NCBI GenBank assembly: GCA_002269645.1
Contig: NIVC01002983.1
Location: 1-64,000, forward strand
Reading direction: 5' to 3'
Length of the DNA stretch: 64,000 bases
Origin: Macrostomum lignano
Taxonomy: Eukaryota
The position numbers and the translations under genes are program-made. Below are positions 25,700 to 37,219 of this stretch, piece by piece. Each line of letters starts with the position of its first letter. Within the stretch, counting starts at the first letter, position 1. Under the pieces are notes generated by a model. It was not told where the DNA came from. It saw nothing but the letters and a program-made list of their open reading frames with translations, and searched no databases.

Positions 25700-26190
25700 A
25701 TCAATGCAACGAAGATTTTGCATCGTCTGCATTTTTGCGATTAGTCCAGGCACAAGCTACAAATAAATGAAAACTAATTTAATATATTTTTATCTCCCTC
25801 GTGCATACTCTGAAGCTTGCAAATATATTTTTATCTCCCTCGTGCATACTCTGAAGCTTGCAAATATTTAATTATTTATAGCTCGTAGCATCAGCTCAAG
25901 AAATTAAATTTTAGTCTATGGCCATAGACGTATTATTATTTTTCGATCTCTCACTGCGAGAAAAATACACTAATTAGATAGGGAAAATGCAGTTTTTTGA
26001 ATATTTAAGACCTTTAGAATTGAAGCAGATAAAAGAAATGTTAACCATACAATCCTTGGTTGAGTTGCAACTTTTTGGTGAAAACGCGATCGAAATTGGT
26101 CAAGAATTGCAGTCTGTAGAGCGTTTTACACGGACATAGATTAGAGATTTAGTATATAAGACTAGCCATGTAGCCCACTTCGGGGGGAAG
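25700..26190 (-). mobile_element. Non-autonomous Helitron-like element, plus the 3' end of an adjoining one
   Basis: Minus strand reads hairpin CCCCGAAGTGGG-CTACATGG-CTAG|TCTTATATACTAAATC at 26151-26187. Internal 40-bp direct duplication at ~25781-25862. Left boundary approximate. Confidence 0.55.
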
Positions 26191-28619
26191 CTTAAACATA
26201 ACTTCCGTTTCCCGTTGAACATTTCCCTTGAAGCTTCTCAATCTAACTGCTTCACAATCCCATTTTTGGCCATAGACAATAAAAAGCAAGTCTTCAGTAG
26301 CTTGACTATGCTAGCCAGCTAAGGATTGAATAGCTTGCTCCTAGGCTGAATTGGCTTGGAAAGTGCTATACTATCAGTGCGCTCCTAACTAAGTAAGGCT
26401 TTTAATTAAAGACAACCCTAAATACAAACTTTCATGCTTTTTCTAGAAGTTGTAATCGAAAAAAAGATTTGTTTAATAATACACATTGTTTCCTCTTTGT
26501 CGCAGAGCGTTTCTCCAGAATTTTATCGAACACACGCAAAGAGCAATATGTGTACTGGAGGCTCAGAATGTGCAGCAGATATTGTCAATACGTAAAAACT
26601 GAATAATGAGCTCTGCTAAGCTTCCGTTTTTTGGATATTTCCCCTATACCTAGATGCATGTGATGTAGCTCGCATTAGGGCAAGTGCTTAATAAGCCATC
26701 TAGTGCTCCTATTATGGACGGTCGCAGAAAGCTTGCCTAGCTCAGCTAAAAAAACTAGCATTGCCATGTCAGCTCACTCTACTGGGCTGTCCAGCTCTAC
26801 CCAGAACGGTAGCGGGGGCAGGGCTGTTCCCAGGCCAGACTGTACGCGCATTTATTAAATCCTCTGAAGCCTCCCTACAACCCGCGGCCTCAGCTCTCGA
26901 TTTATCCTAAGCCTAGGGAACTGGGATTTGGCATTTAGTGCGTCGCGCAAGGCAAGACGAGGGTAAGGGATAGAAGTCTGCTAATGAGACTTGGGAGCTG
27001 GCAGAGGTAGGTAGGGGCTAGCCTGACCAATCTAATTCTTTTCTACTTAACTGCCAACTCATACTTAATATCTGCTTGAAAGCAGTTCAAAGCTATCCTA
27101 TTCTTCAGTGTTCTCTTTCTGAGTTTTATAAAAATTCCAAATTTAGCTACTATGCTTATGCTGCGATCAGAGATATTGATCAACCGAGATACGGTCAAGG
27201 GCCGCTTAGAATAAGTGTATCGTAATTTTTACAAGGCTCACATGCAAAGATATAATATACTCGTAATATATAACTGTGACTGTCGCGACTTTCTTAGTCA
27301 TTTCTTCAGTTCATCTGTACTTGTTGTGGCGGCCAGACTGTACGCGACTGGCAGCACCAGTGCAGCCGCACTGGAAACGCCCCCAAACCTCTGTCTAGCT
27401 GAGGTGGGGTGGGTGCGCGCCATGCTAGCCGGCTCGCTAAGCCGGGGGGGGGGTCGGCGTAGCCTATCACGCCACGCCACCTTTTCGCACCTCCCTAGGC
27501 CCCTCAATCTCGCGCAGTCTGTGTACATATAAATATACATGAAATGCAGCACAAAAACTCTTCGCTGCCATTCCATCTATTGAAACAAAAAGGCCTTCCG
27601 CCTCATTGTCCTATTTGCTCTGTTTTTCTCTCCCTCTCTGTCCAGTTCAGTCTTGTTATTCTCTCTCTCTCCCTCGCTGCCTTCTGATTGGCTCTTCAGT
27701 CTCGTTATTCTTATCTCTCTCCCCTTCAGCCTCGTTATTCTTATCTCTCTCTCCCTCGCTGACTTCTGATTGGCTCTTTAATCTCGCATCTTTCCTTTGT
27801 CGCGCACTCCACTCATTTGCACTCAACCCCCACCCCATTAATCTAGTTAGCTCGTAATGACTTATACTCGTAAATACACTCAAATGGGCCCTGCGCCCAA
27901 CCAACTTTGGATTTTCATATCATTAGATAGTTTCTCTTATTTTTATCTACGTACATGGCGCCCGAACAAAAATGCCTACATAAATGTAGATTTAGAATTT
28001 CAACGGTACCTCTACGGAGTACCTCTGCAGTAACTATTGACGCTTGTAAGAGGAAGGATTTACACTGGCGCGCTCTCTGATATATGCATGGTCGCTTTTG
28101 TTTTTTTATTCCTTGGTTTCTTCGGCCTTTAGCGATCAGCGAGAGAGCGATGAGAGTAGAGACAGATGAGGTAAATGGAGACTGGTCCACACTGTCGGAT
28201 GGTGCAGCTGGTGCATACACAACAGACTGCAAGCTCGATAAATTATGCATTTTATTCTCTCGTCTCTCCCCTCCCTTTCTCTATACCCCTCTCAGTTCGT
28301 TCAGTTATAATTCCGCACTAGAGTTGCCTATGGGCCGCGATCTCGCCTATATGTGCAGCATAATCCCAAGGCCTTAATCCTCGGGCTTCCGGGAGCACAC
28401 GGCGTTGAGTGGGAAGATTCCACTACCGGGCTATGGCTAACCGACGATGTCATGTGAACTCTACCTTGTAGTTATTTGTAGAGAGAGAAAGTTTTCTTTG
28501 TAGCTCAGCAGATGTTAAAGGATATTAGAGGTTAAGGGATTATGGACTTAGTAATCCCTTATGCTTATGGAGTCGAAGTGTATACAGTGGTGTCAATGGA
28601 AGTAGGATCTAGGGTCTAG

Positions 28620-29280
28620 AAGTAGCTGAAATTGTCTAGAAGTAGCCAATAGGGTCTAGAAGTAGCCAATAGGGTCTAGAAGTATAGCCAATAGGGTCTA
28701 GAAGTAGCCAATATGGTCTAGAAGTAGCCAATAGGGTCTAGAAGTAGCCAATAGGGTCTAGAAGTAGTCAATAGGGTCTAGAAGTAGCCAATAGGGTTTA
28801 GAAGTAGCCAATAGGGTCTAGAAGTAGCCAATAGGGTAATAGGGTCTAGAAGTAGCCAATAGGGTCTAGAAGTAGCTAATAGGGTCTAGAAGTAGCCAAT
28901 AGGGTCTAGAAGTAGCCAATAGGGTCTAGAAGTAGCCAATAGGGTCTAGAAGTAGCCAATAGGGTAATAGGGTCTAGAAGTAGCCAATAGGGTAATAGGG
29001 TCTAGAAGTAGCCAATAGGGTCTAGAAGTAGCCAATAGGGTCTAGAAGTAGCCAATAGGGTCTAGAAGTAGCCAATAGGGTCTAGAAGTAGCCAATAGGG
29101 TCTAGAAGTAGCCAATAGGGTCTAGAAGTAGCCAATAGGGTCTAGAAGTATAGCCAATAGGGTAATAGGGTCTAGAAGTAGCCAATAGGGTCTAGAAGTA
29201 GCCAATAGGGTAATAGGGTCTAGAAGTAGCCAATAGGGTCTAGAAGTATAGCCAATAGGGTCTAGAAGTAGCCAAAATGA
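28620..29280 (+). repeat. 20-bp minisatellite, ~31 copies
   Basis: Unit AGGGTCTAGAAGTAGCCAAT with occasional AGGGTAAT insertions. Confidence 0.96.
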
Positions 29281-29439
29281 TCTATAAGTACGCTCGTAGG
29301 CGTTAAGTTACCAAATCTTGGATTCGAGGTTTAGGATAGCGCATTGGGAGATCTCTTATCGAGACAGATGCAGCTGTGCAGATCAGCCTATTTGATGCAG
29401 ATGTTTTATAACCCTATTAATTATCCCCATGCATTGCAG

Positions 29440-29597
29440 GACAGAGTCTGCTGTCTTGGTTAACAAGTTCGGCACATTTTCTCAACGTAAAGGCGCGCGG
29501 CGAACTGTACCTGTTCGTCAATCAGGTTTGCACCTGCCTGCTGGCTCTGGGCGTCATTCGTCAGGTGCAAAGCGATGCGCCAAACTCAGTGTTTAGG
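29440..29597 (+). CDS. FMN1/2: Formin exon 2 (core of DEP-like domain; absent from the ORF track)
   Basis: Acceptor CATTGCAG at 29439, donor AGG|GTGAGA at 29598. Reads (G)QSLLSWLTSSAHFLNVKARGELYLFVNQVCTCLLALGVIRQVQSDAPNSVFR, and phases (1 in, 0 out) fit both neighbours. Confidence 0.8.
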
Positions 29598-29704
29598 GTG
29601 AGAATTTAATAATAATTATGAGTTTAATCAGCCACAAATTCAGTACGTTGAATGTCATTTTAATTTTAAAGCCATCAGTTAACCCATGCAGATAACTAGA
29701 TTTT

Positions 29705-30245
29705 TACTTAAACACTAGCGATTCAATTTAAACACTAGCGATTCAATTTAAACACTAGCGATTCAATTTAAACACTAGCGATTCAATTTAAACACTAGCG
29801 ATTCAATTTAAACACTAGCGATTCAATTTAAACACTAGCGATTCAATTTAAACACTAGCGATTCAATTAAAACACTAGCGATTCAATTTAAACACTAGCG
29901 ATTCAACTTAAACACTAGCGATTCAATTAAAACACTATAGCGATTCAACTTAAACACTAGCGATTCAATTTAAACACTAGCGATTCAACTTAAACACTAG
30001 CGATTCAATTAAAACACTATAGCGATTCAACTTAAACACTAGCGATTCAATTTAAACACTAGCGATTCAATTTAAACACTAGCGATTCAACTTAAACACT
30101 AGCGATTCAATTTAAACACTAGCGATTCAATTAAAACACTAGCGATTCAATTTAAACACTAGCAATTCAATTTAAACACTAACTATTCAACTTAAACACC
30201 AGCGATTCGATTTAAACACCAGCGATTCAATTTTAACACCGGAAA
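29705..30245 (+). repeat. 20-bp minisatellite, ~27 copies, formin intron 2
   Basis: Unit AAACACTAGCGATTCAATTT. Confidence 0.96.
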
Positions 30246-30676
30246 TTGAATTTAAACACTTCTATATTTAATAAAACTATTTGGATATGCCAAAATATCA
30301 AACCAAAAACAACAAACAAGTACAAAATATGTTCGAATGATTCAACTGCCTAAATTGGAAAGCAATTTTGCTTTTGCGTAAGCAGCATTATTTCTGCACT
30401 GCGATATCAAATGCAGCAGTGAATTTATTTGAATTAACAAAAGTTATTAATAGACAAATCTGGTAGTTTATGTACAAGAGACCTTTATAGAATTTAATAA
30501 ATCATAGCATTTTGCTATTATTGTCCGCTATTGTCAAGTAAAATCATGCAGCTGGCAGCTGTTCATACCAGTAGCCATTGACAATGAACTGCAGCCTGTC
30601 CCAATGCCCCGAATTCTGCCTTTCCGACCGAATCTCCATCACTGTGCTGTATCCCGAATCGCCTTCGACGTTGCAG

Positions 30677-31402
30677 CCGCACGAGTTCTACGAATGGTGC
30701 GGCCAGCAGGCTCCTCCGCCAGCAACGCAGCCGACGTCTCAGCAGCAGCAGCAGCACAACTTGTCGCCTTCAAGGCGTCAGCAACGACAGCTTCAACAGC
30801 AACCGACAGTTGGCGAGTCCGCGGAAGACGCTGTCTCTGCCGCCCTCGCCCAGGCGAAGCGAGACTTTGACGACAGAATCCACCGGCTGCAGCTGGAGCA
30901 CAAGGAGGAGCTGGAGCGGCAACGGCAAGACGCTGATTTAAGAATCTTCCAAGCTAAAAATGAAAGCGTCATGAAGGTCTGCAGTCTGCGCGACAAAATC
31001 GAACAGCTCGAGCAGCGGGTTGAGAAGTATCGGATTCTCGCTGGAATCGAGGGCTTGCTCAGCGGTCAGGATGTTGCTGCGGTGGCGACGGCTTCCGCTG
31101 CCGCTGAAAAAAGCGGCTCTAGCAAGACTTTACCGACCGCTGCTGCTCAGGGCCCAGCGATTGGCTCTGATTCCGCTTCCGCAGCTGATGGTACCGCAGC
31201 TCCTCCAGTCGCGCCAGCCAGCTTTGACAAGTCGGTGGACACCAGCGATATTCAGCAGGTGCTGGGCGAACTCAGCAGCAGCAGTCCCGAGTCGCGCAGC
31301 CCGTTGGCAAGCGCCTCCGACTGCGCACCGATGACGGTCGACGCTTCAGCGCAGACGGACGTCTCCGGATTCGCGGCACCGCCTCCGCCGCCTCCGCCGC
31401 CG

Positions 31403-31437
<35 letters not shown>

Positions 31438-32067
31438 CCCTCCACCACCACCGCCCCCGCCGCCTCCGCCACCGCGACCAAGCAGCCTCAGTGGCGGCGC
31501 CGCCAAGTCTGCCAGCAACCAGCAGCAGCCGGGCTCCCAGGTGAGCGTCAAGGAGCAGATCATGCACTGGCAGGAGCAGTCAGTGGAGCCGCATCGCCGG
31601 GCCTGTCTCAACCTCAAGACGCTCTACTGGTCGCCGATCTACTTGAACCGGCTGCCGCCTGGCAAAGCCGGAGTCTGGGAGTCTGTCGACAGGATGGCGC
31701 TGCCAAACTCGCGCGATCTTGAGCGCCTGTTCGCCAGGCCGAGTGGCGAGTTGAGCAAGGCGGGTCGAGCCGCCAGCGCGGCCGGCAACTTGGACAGCCC
31801 GCTGAGTGCAAGCGCCGAGGGGAAGCCGTCCGGCTCTCCCGCCAAGCTGTTGAACTCGAAACGGGCTCAGAATTTAGGCATTTTTATTGCTGCAACCCAG
31901 ATAGACAAGGACGCTCTGTACAGCTGTTTGGTGGCCTTTGAACCTGGCTGCATCTCCGTGGAGCAGCTCAAACAGCTGCGCGATCTCACGCCAAGTCAGG
32001 AGGAGATGGCTCAGATTAAAGAGTTCGTGGCCTCAAATCCTGGAGCAGTTTTGGATCGGCCTGAGCG
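30677..32067 (+). CDS. FMN1/2: Formin exon 3 (end of DEP-like domain, coiled coil, FH1 polyproline, FH2 N-terminal part)
   Basis: Acceptor GTTGCAG at 30676 gives VFR|PHEFYEW. Coiled coil, then a ~33-residue Pro run (~31378-31475), then FH2 LKTLYWSPI..VWESVD..DLERLF and KLLNSKRAQNLGIFI..LDRPE. Donor CG|GTGAGT at 32068. Confidence 0.93.
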
Positions 32068-32142
32068 GTGAGTCTGTGCAGGTTGACTGCATCAAATTAC
32101 TGCTGGTAGATAACCCAACTCTCACCAAGCTCTGTGTAATCG

Positions 32143-32826
32143 GTGAGCATGTCTCTCTCACCCAGCTCTGTGCATTCGGTGAGCATGTACTCTCACCCAG
32201 CCCTGTCATTTAGTGAGCATCTACTCTCACCTAGCCCTGTCCTTTAGTGAGCATCTACTCTCACCTAGATCTGTCCTTTAGTGAGCATCTACTCTCACCT
32301 AGATCTGTCCTTTAGTGAGCATCTACTCTCACCTAGATCTGTCCTTTAGTGAGCATCTACTCTCACCTAGATCTGTCCTTCAGTGAGCATCTACTCTCAC
32401 CTAGCCCTGTCCTTTAGTGAGCATCTACTCTCACCTAGATCTGTCCTTTAGTGAGCATCTACTCTCACCTAGCCCTGTCTTTTAGTGAGCATCTACTCTC
32501 ACCTAGATCTGTCCTTTAGTAAGCATCTACTCTCACCTAGATCTGTCCTTTAGTGAGCATCTACTCTCACCTAGATCTGTCCTTTAGTGAGCATCTACTC
32601 TCACCTAGATCTGTCCTTCAGTGAGCATCTACTCTCACCTAGATCTGTCCTTTAGTGAGCATCTACTCTCACCTAGATCTGTCTTTTAGTGAGCATCTAC
32701 TCTCACCTAGATCTGTCCTTTAGTGAGCATCTACTCTCACCTAGATCTGTCCTTTAGTGAGCATCTACTCTCACCTAGATCTGTCCTTTAGTGAGCATTT
32801 ACTCTTACCTATATCTGTAACTTTGG
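32143..32826 (+). repeat. 34-bp minisatellite, ~20 copies, formin intron 3
   Basis: Unit GTGAGCATCTACTCTCACCTAGATCTGTCCTTTA, with degenerate copies at both edges. Confidence 0.96.
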
Positions 32827-32859
32827 TGAGAGTCTCAGCTACTCTCAGCCTTTTAAATG

Positions 32860-32970
32860 ATAGATTATATTAGATTAGATTAGATTAGATTAGATTGGAT
32901 TAGATTAGATTAGATTAGATTAGATTAGATTAGATTAGATTCGATTAGATTCGATTAGAATAGATTGGAT
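32860..32970 (+). repeat. (GATTA)n pentanucleotide repeat
   Basis: About 20 GATTA units. Confidence 0.93.
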
Positions 32971-33090
32971 AAAATTGGATATGTCAGACTACTTAAGCTA
33001 CTGCATTACGCTGTGAGTAGTCAGCATCGACATAGCTGCAGTAACCAACAGTTGTCAACTTAGACACACACGCAATGCCCCTCGGCACAG

Positions 33091-33364
33091 ATTTCTGCTA
33101 TCAATTTCGGAGATTCCGTTCTTCTCGGAGCGTCTGCACTGCATGCTGTTCCAATTGGAGCACGAGGACTGCGTCTCAGCGCTGGAGTCTCGCGTCACCG
33201 CGCTCATCTCGGTCTGCCGTCAGCTGTACGAGAGTCGATCGGTGCGAAAAGTGCTCAGCCTGGTGCTGGCGCTGGGCAACCTGCTCAACTATGGTACCAG
33301 CAGAGGGCGCGCTGATGGATTCGGTCTGGAGATTCTGGGCAAGCTGAAGGATTTGAGATCCTCG
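33091..33364 (+). CDS. FMN1/2: Formin exon 4 (FH2)
   Basis: Acceptor GCACAG at 33090, phase 2 in. Encodes FLLSISEIPFFSERLHCMLFQ...VLALGNLLNYGTSRGRADGFGLEILGKLKDLRSS (FH2 GN.MN / G.A.GF.L..L.KL.D motif). Donor TCG|GTTAGT at 33365. Confidence 0.93.
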
Positions 33365-33410
33365 GTTAGTTGATGAGGCTTATGCATTTTAATACTGATG
33401 TAGCCATGTA

Positions 33411-34196
33411 ACCTGTCTTAGGTGCTTACCTGCCTGTCTTAGGTGCTTACCTGCCTGTCTTAGGTGCTTACCTGCCTGTCTTACATGTAGGTGCTTACCT
33501 GCCTGTCTTAGGTGCTTACCTGCCTGTCTTAGGTGCTTACCTGCCTGTCTTAGGTGCTTACCTGCCTGTCTTACATGTAGGTGCTTACCTGCCTGTCTTA
33601 GGTGCTTACCTGCCTGTCTTAGGTGCTTACCTGCCTGTCTTAGGTGCTTACCTGCCTGTCTTACATGTAGGTGCTTACCTGCCTGTCTTAGGTGCTTACC
33701 TGCCTGTCTTAGGTGCTTACCTGCCTGTCTTAGGTGCTTACCTGCCTGTCTCAGGTGCTTACCTTAAGTTACCTGCCTGTTTAATTTATAGGTGCTTACC
33801 TGCCTGTTTTATTGGTGATTACCTGCCTGTTTTATTGGTGCTTACCTGCCTGTTTTATTGGTGCTTACCTGCCTGTTTTATAAGTGCTTACCTGCCTGTT
33901 TATTGGTGCTTACCTGCCTGTTTTATTGGTGCTTACCTGCCTGTTTATTGGTGCTTACCTGCCTGTTTATTGGTGCTTACCTGCCTATCTTAGGTGCTTA
34001 CCTTAAGTTACCTGCCTGTTTATTGGTGCTTACCTGCCTATCTTAGGTGCTTACCTTAAGTTACCTGCCTGTTTAATTTATAGGTGTTTACCTGCCTGTT
34101 TTATTGGTGCTTACCTGCCTGTTTTATTGGTGCTTACCTGCCTGTTTTATTGGTGCTTACCTGCCTGTTTCATTGGTGCTTACCTGCCTGTTTTAG
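33411..34196 (+). repeat. 21/23-bp minisatellite with a 90-bp higher-order period, formin intron 4
   Basis: Units TAGGTGCTTACCTGCCTGTCT and TGGTGCTTACCTGCCTGTTTTAT. TTACATGTAG recurs at 33481, 33571 and 33661. Confidence 0.96.
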
Positions 34197-34557
34197 GTAA
34201 ATGAGACAAAATGGGAAAACAGGGGTAAAAGAATAGGGAGTGGATATTGGATTGCTTGTGTGTAATTGTATCAAGTTACAGTTATTGCCTGAATAAAGCA
34301 CTAGATATATTTTCATAATATTCTAAACTATGATGAGTATTGCTTAATCTGTCTCAGGCTGAGCATACTTGCGTTTCTCAAAGCTACTTCAAGGTAAAGT
34401 ATTATATTAGTTATGCCCAGTTCATTTGTTACATTAAAGTTCGACTGCTGTTGAAGTTTAAAGTTTAAAAAAACTTTGCTGACTAAATCTTGCACTGTTT
34501 CTTGAAGTTTTACTTCAAAAACAAAACAGAACTCATCAAAAATGAATTTCATCTCAG

Positions 34558-34840
34558 GAGAACACCTGCACGCTATTCCAAGTGCTGGTTAGCATGTACA
34601 TCGACGAGTACTGGGAGAGCGGCAGCCCCGAGCTGGGCACCGTAGTGCCGTTCCCTCTGCCCGACCCGGAAGAGGTCAAGCAAGCGGCTGAAGTGGACCT
34701 GGCCGGCGTGAAAGGCGAACTGCGGCACCTGTCGGCCAGGCTGATTGCCAACGAGAAGATCGTGAGAAAGGTGGCCACCTCGTCTGCGCCTAGCGAGCGG
34801 GAACCGTTTGCTAAGAAGATGAACTCATTTCTGGATAGAG
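34558..34840 (+). CDS. FMN1/2: Formin exon 5 (FH2)
   Basis: Acceptor ATCTCAG at 34557. Encodes ENTCTLFQVLV...FPLPDPEEVKQAA...EPFAKKMNSFLDR (FMN-type FPLPEP..A and .PFK..M..F). Donor AG|GTGAGC at 34841. Confidence 0.92.
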
Positions 34841-35289
34841 GTGAGCTGAGGTCAGCAATGCTTGTAATAAGTAAATGTTGGATGCAGTAGTTTGTTTGTT
34901 TGTTCTGGGGAACCGTTCGCAAGTTTGGTTCGAGTGTGACATCCAGAGTAAATATTAGATAACAAACACTCAGGACTTGCTTGCACCGTCGACACCGAAT
35001 GAGCCATTGAATTTCATATGAATCCGATGTACAATCACGCAAAAATTGGCTTGGTTTGCATGCCGCCAGCTCTGTAGTAGGCCATCGTACTGGATTTGGA
35101 ATGAAGACGTTAGTGCATCATCAAAGAAGCCGCCGGTTGTGTCATCGGTGTAAAAGCAGTTCAGGGAATCGAATATTCGAGCACTTGTACCAACGATTAA
35201 CCATTTTTGTTGCACACACCTGCCAATTCAACAACAACATGTGCTGTCTAGGTCTTTACAAAGGTACATGTAGAGTCACCGGGCGCGCC

Positions 35290-35810
35290 TCTGGTCCGAT
35301 CGAATTCTGGACGCTGGCGTCAGCCAGCAGGCAGTTGACGAAACATCGAGTGCACGCCTGCCCCCTCCGGTAGGGTTGCCAGCAGCGTCAGCAGCAGAAC
35401 CTTATGCACCGGCTGTGACCAGTGCGAGTTCATGGCGAATGATGTGGCCTCCCAGCTGGAGTCGGCGTAAAAGGTCGCTTGGACGGGCCAAGGGCGTTGC
35501 GGCGTTGATGAAATGGAAACTCTGCTCGTCGCCTGTGTTGAAGGCGTCGCAATTATGCAGTCCTTCCCACCGCCGAAGCTCAAGGCGATAATTTGATCTA
35601 GTCAAATGACTAGCGAGTAGTCAACCAGGCATGCCCATCCGCTGACCCCTGAGTACGCAAACGCGCTCAGACAGGATGTACAGTCCTGACGTAGTTCGAT
35701 TCCGTTCTCTGCGACGTCTATCTAGAGCCGTGAGAGTCTCGACCATTGCGACCGAACCTCCAAGAAGCAGATCGTGTACATTCTTGACGATTAGACAATG
35801 CATGTCTGTG
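35290..35810 (-). mobile_element. RTE-like LINE 3' fragment, formin intron 5
   Basis: Minus translations PSDLLRRLQLGGHIIR, QPVHKVLLLTL and LIVKNVHDL are homologous to 38790-39320 and 5580-5870. Confidence 0.65.
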
Positions 35811-35945
35811 TGGTTGCTAACAGACAAGCACAGACATACTGCATCGATACTGCATCGATTCTAACGCGTCTTCATCATACCTTCTCTATACATTAGAAAA
35901 TGGCCCCATGGTTCGTTTACTTTTCAATTTTCATTTTTCCTACAG

Positions 35946-36135
35946 CCAAAAAAGATTTAAGCGAATTTCGCGAAACAGTTACGGACGCCGAGACTTGCTA
36001 CTGCAACATTCTCATGTACTTCTGCCAGCCGCCATCCACACCGCCAAAGGAGTTTTTCAGCCACTGGGCAGCGTTTTGTGTCGATTTTAAAGAGCAGCTT
36101 AGGCGACAAGTTAATCTGCGGCAGCGAGGGGTCAC
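35946..36135 (+). CDS. FMN1/2: Formin exon 6 (FH2 end)
   Basis: Acceptor CCTACAG at 35945, phase 1 in. Encodes AKKDLSEF...PKEFFSHWAAFCVDFKEQL (FH2 terminal .FF..W..F..DFK). Probable donor AC|GTGAGT at 36136; if unspliced, the frame stops at 36139. Confidence 0.88.
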
Positions 36136-36146
36136 GTGAGTGTTTA

Positions 36147-37186
36147 CAATATGTTTTAATTAGTAATTTTACTACACCTTTTTACTTTCTGTTTTGAAAA
36201 ATCTGCACTCAATATTGACATCTTTGGCATCGCTTGTTGAAATTTTTAACCTATTCTGACAAACCCAAATGCCATAGAGACGAATTTCAACTGAAATGAC
36301 AAACTCCAACCTTTATTAACAATTTGCAAGCAATTTTGACACTGGGGTACAAAACAGTGCCTTTGTCTCGCCGTCTATGGAACAAAACTTGCATATGTGC
36401 ATGCATTTTTGACAGATTGCATCCAAGAGTGACAGTTGTAGCTTGCAGATCCCAACCCTAGCCGGGCCTAAGCGCCCTGACAGATCCGGTGAGAGTTCGT
36501 CCTGGCCAATCGCCCCGGCGAGTGTTCGCTGATCCCAGGTCCCGGACAGAGCAATATTGGGATCTGTCCTAATCGGGTTCTTCATGAACGCCAGCATGTC
36601 CTGATCTCCATTTGGCAGCTTTTCTACTCGTCCACTCCTAACAACGGCATACGCTGTGGTTCTTTTGATCTCCAAGGTACGAGCCAGGTAAAAAAGTCGT
36701 CACCATTCTCATGGGCAGTAGTTAACCGGTTAATTACTGGGTTAACCGCCTCCTGTCGTCGTCGCTAACTTTGGCGTTGACTCGCGGACCTGCCATACAG
36801 AACGTAATACGACTTGGCAAACTGATTAGCTACTGTTAACTGAATTTTTCAATGTGTGCTAATGTAATCTGTCACTTTTGGATGCACTCTGTCAAAAATG
36901 CATGCACATATGCAAGTTTTGTTCCATAGACGGCGAGACAAAGGCACTGTTTTGTACCCCAGTGTCAAAATTGCTTGCAAATTGTTAATGAAGGTTGGAG
37001 TTTGTCATTTTCGGTTGAAATTCGTCACTATTGCATTTGGGTTTGTCAAAATAGGTTGAAAATTTCAACAAGCGATGCCACAGACTGTCAAAATTGAATG
37101 CAAAGATGTCAATATTGAGTGCAGATTTTTTAAAAATAGAAAGTAAAAAAGGTGTAGTTGCAGGGGGATTACTAAGCAAAATATTG
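36147..37186 (-). mobile_element. Internally deleted Tc1/mariner(IS630)-like transposon with ~290-bp inverted arms
   Basis: Arms 36147-36435 and 36869-37186 are reverse complements with few differences. The spacer encodes, on the minus strand, MAGPRVNAKVSDDDRRRL..AHENGDDF..LARTLEIKRTTAYAVVRSGRVEKLP (ATG 36796), resembling a Tc1/IS630 N-terminal HTH. TA TSD not clear. Confidence 0.65.
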
Positions 37187-37219
37187 CATGGCCTACAAAC
37201 AACCTTAGCCACTAATTAA

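Noticed and set aside
26833-27346. 16-bp direct repeat GGCCAGACTGTACGCG and a ~70-bp diverged CCAAT-containing repeat (27.7 kb versus 59.3 kb)
   Set aside because: Probably old TE debris. No termini or coding motif to classify them, and no functional inference is possible.
30578-30676. ORF-track N-terminal extension of formin exon 3
   Set aside because: The acceptor at 30676 gives a continuous DEP-like motif and the correct phase. The upstream in-frame part is likely intron.
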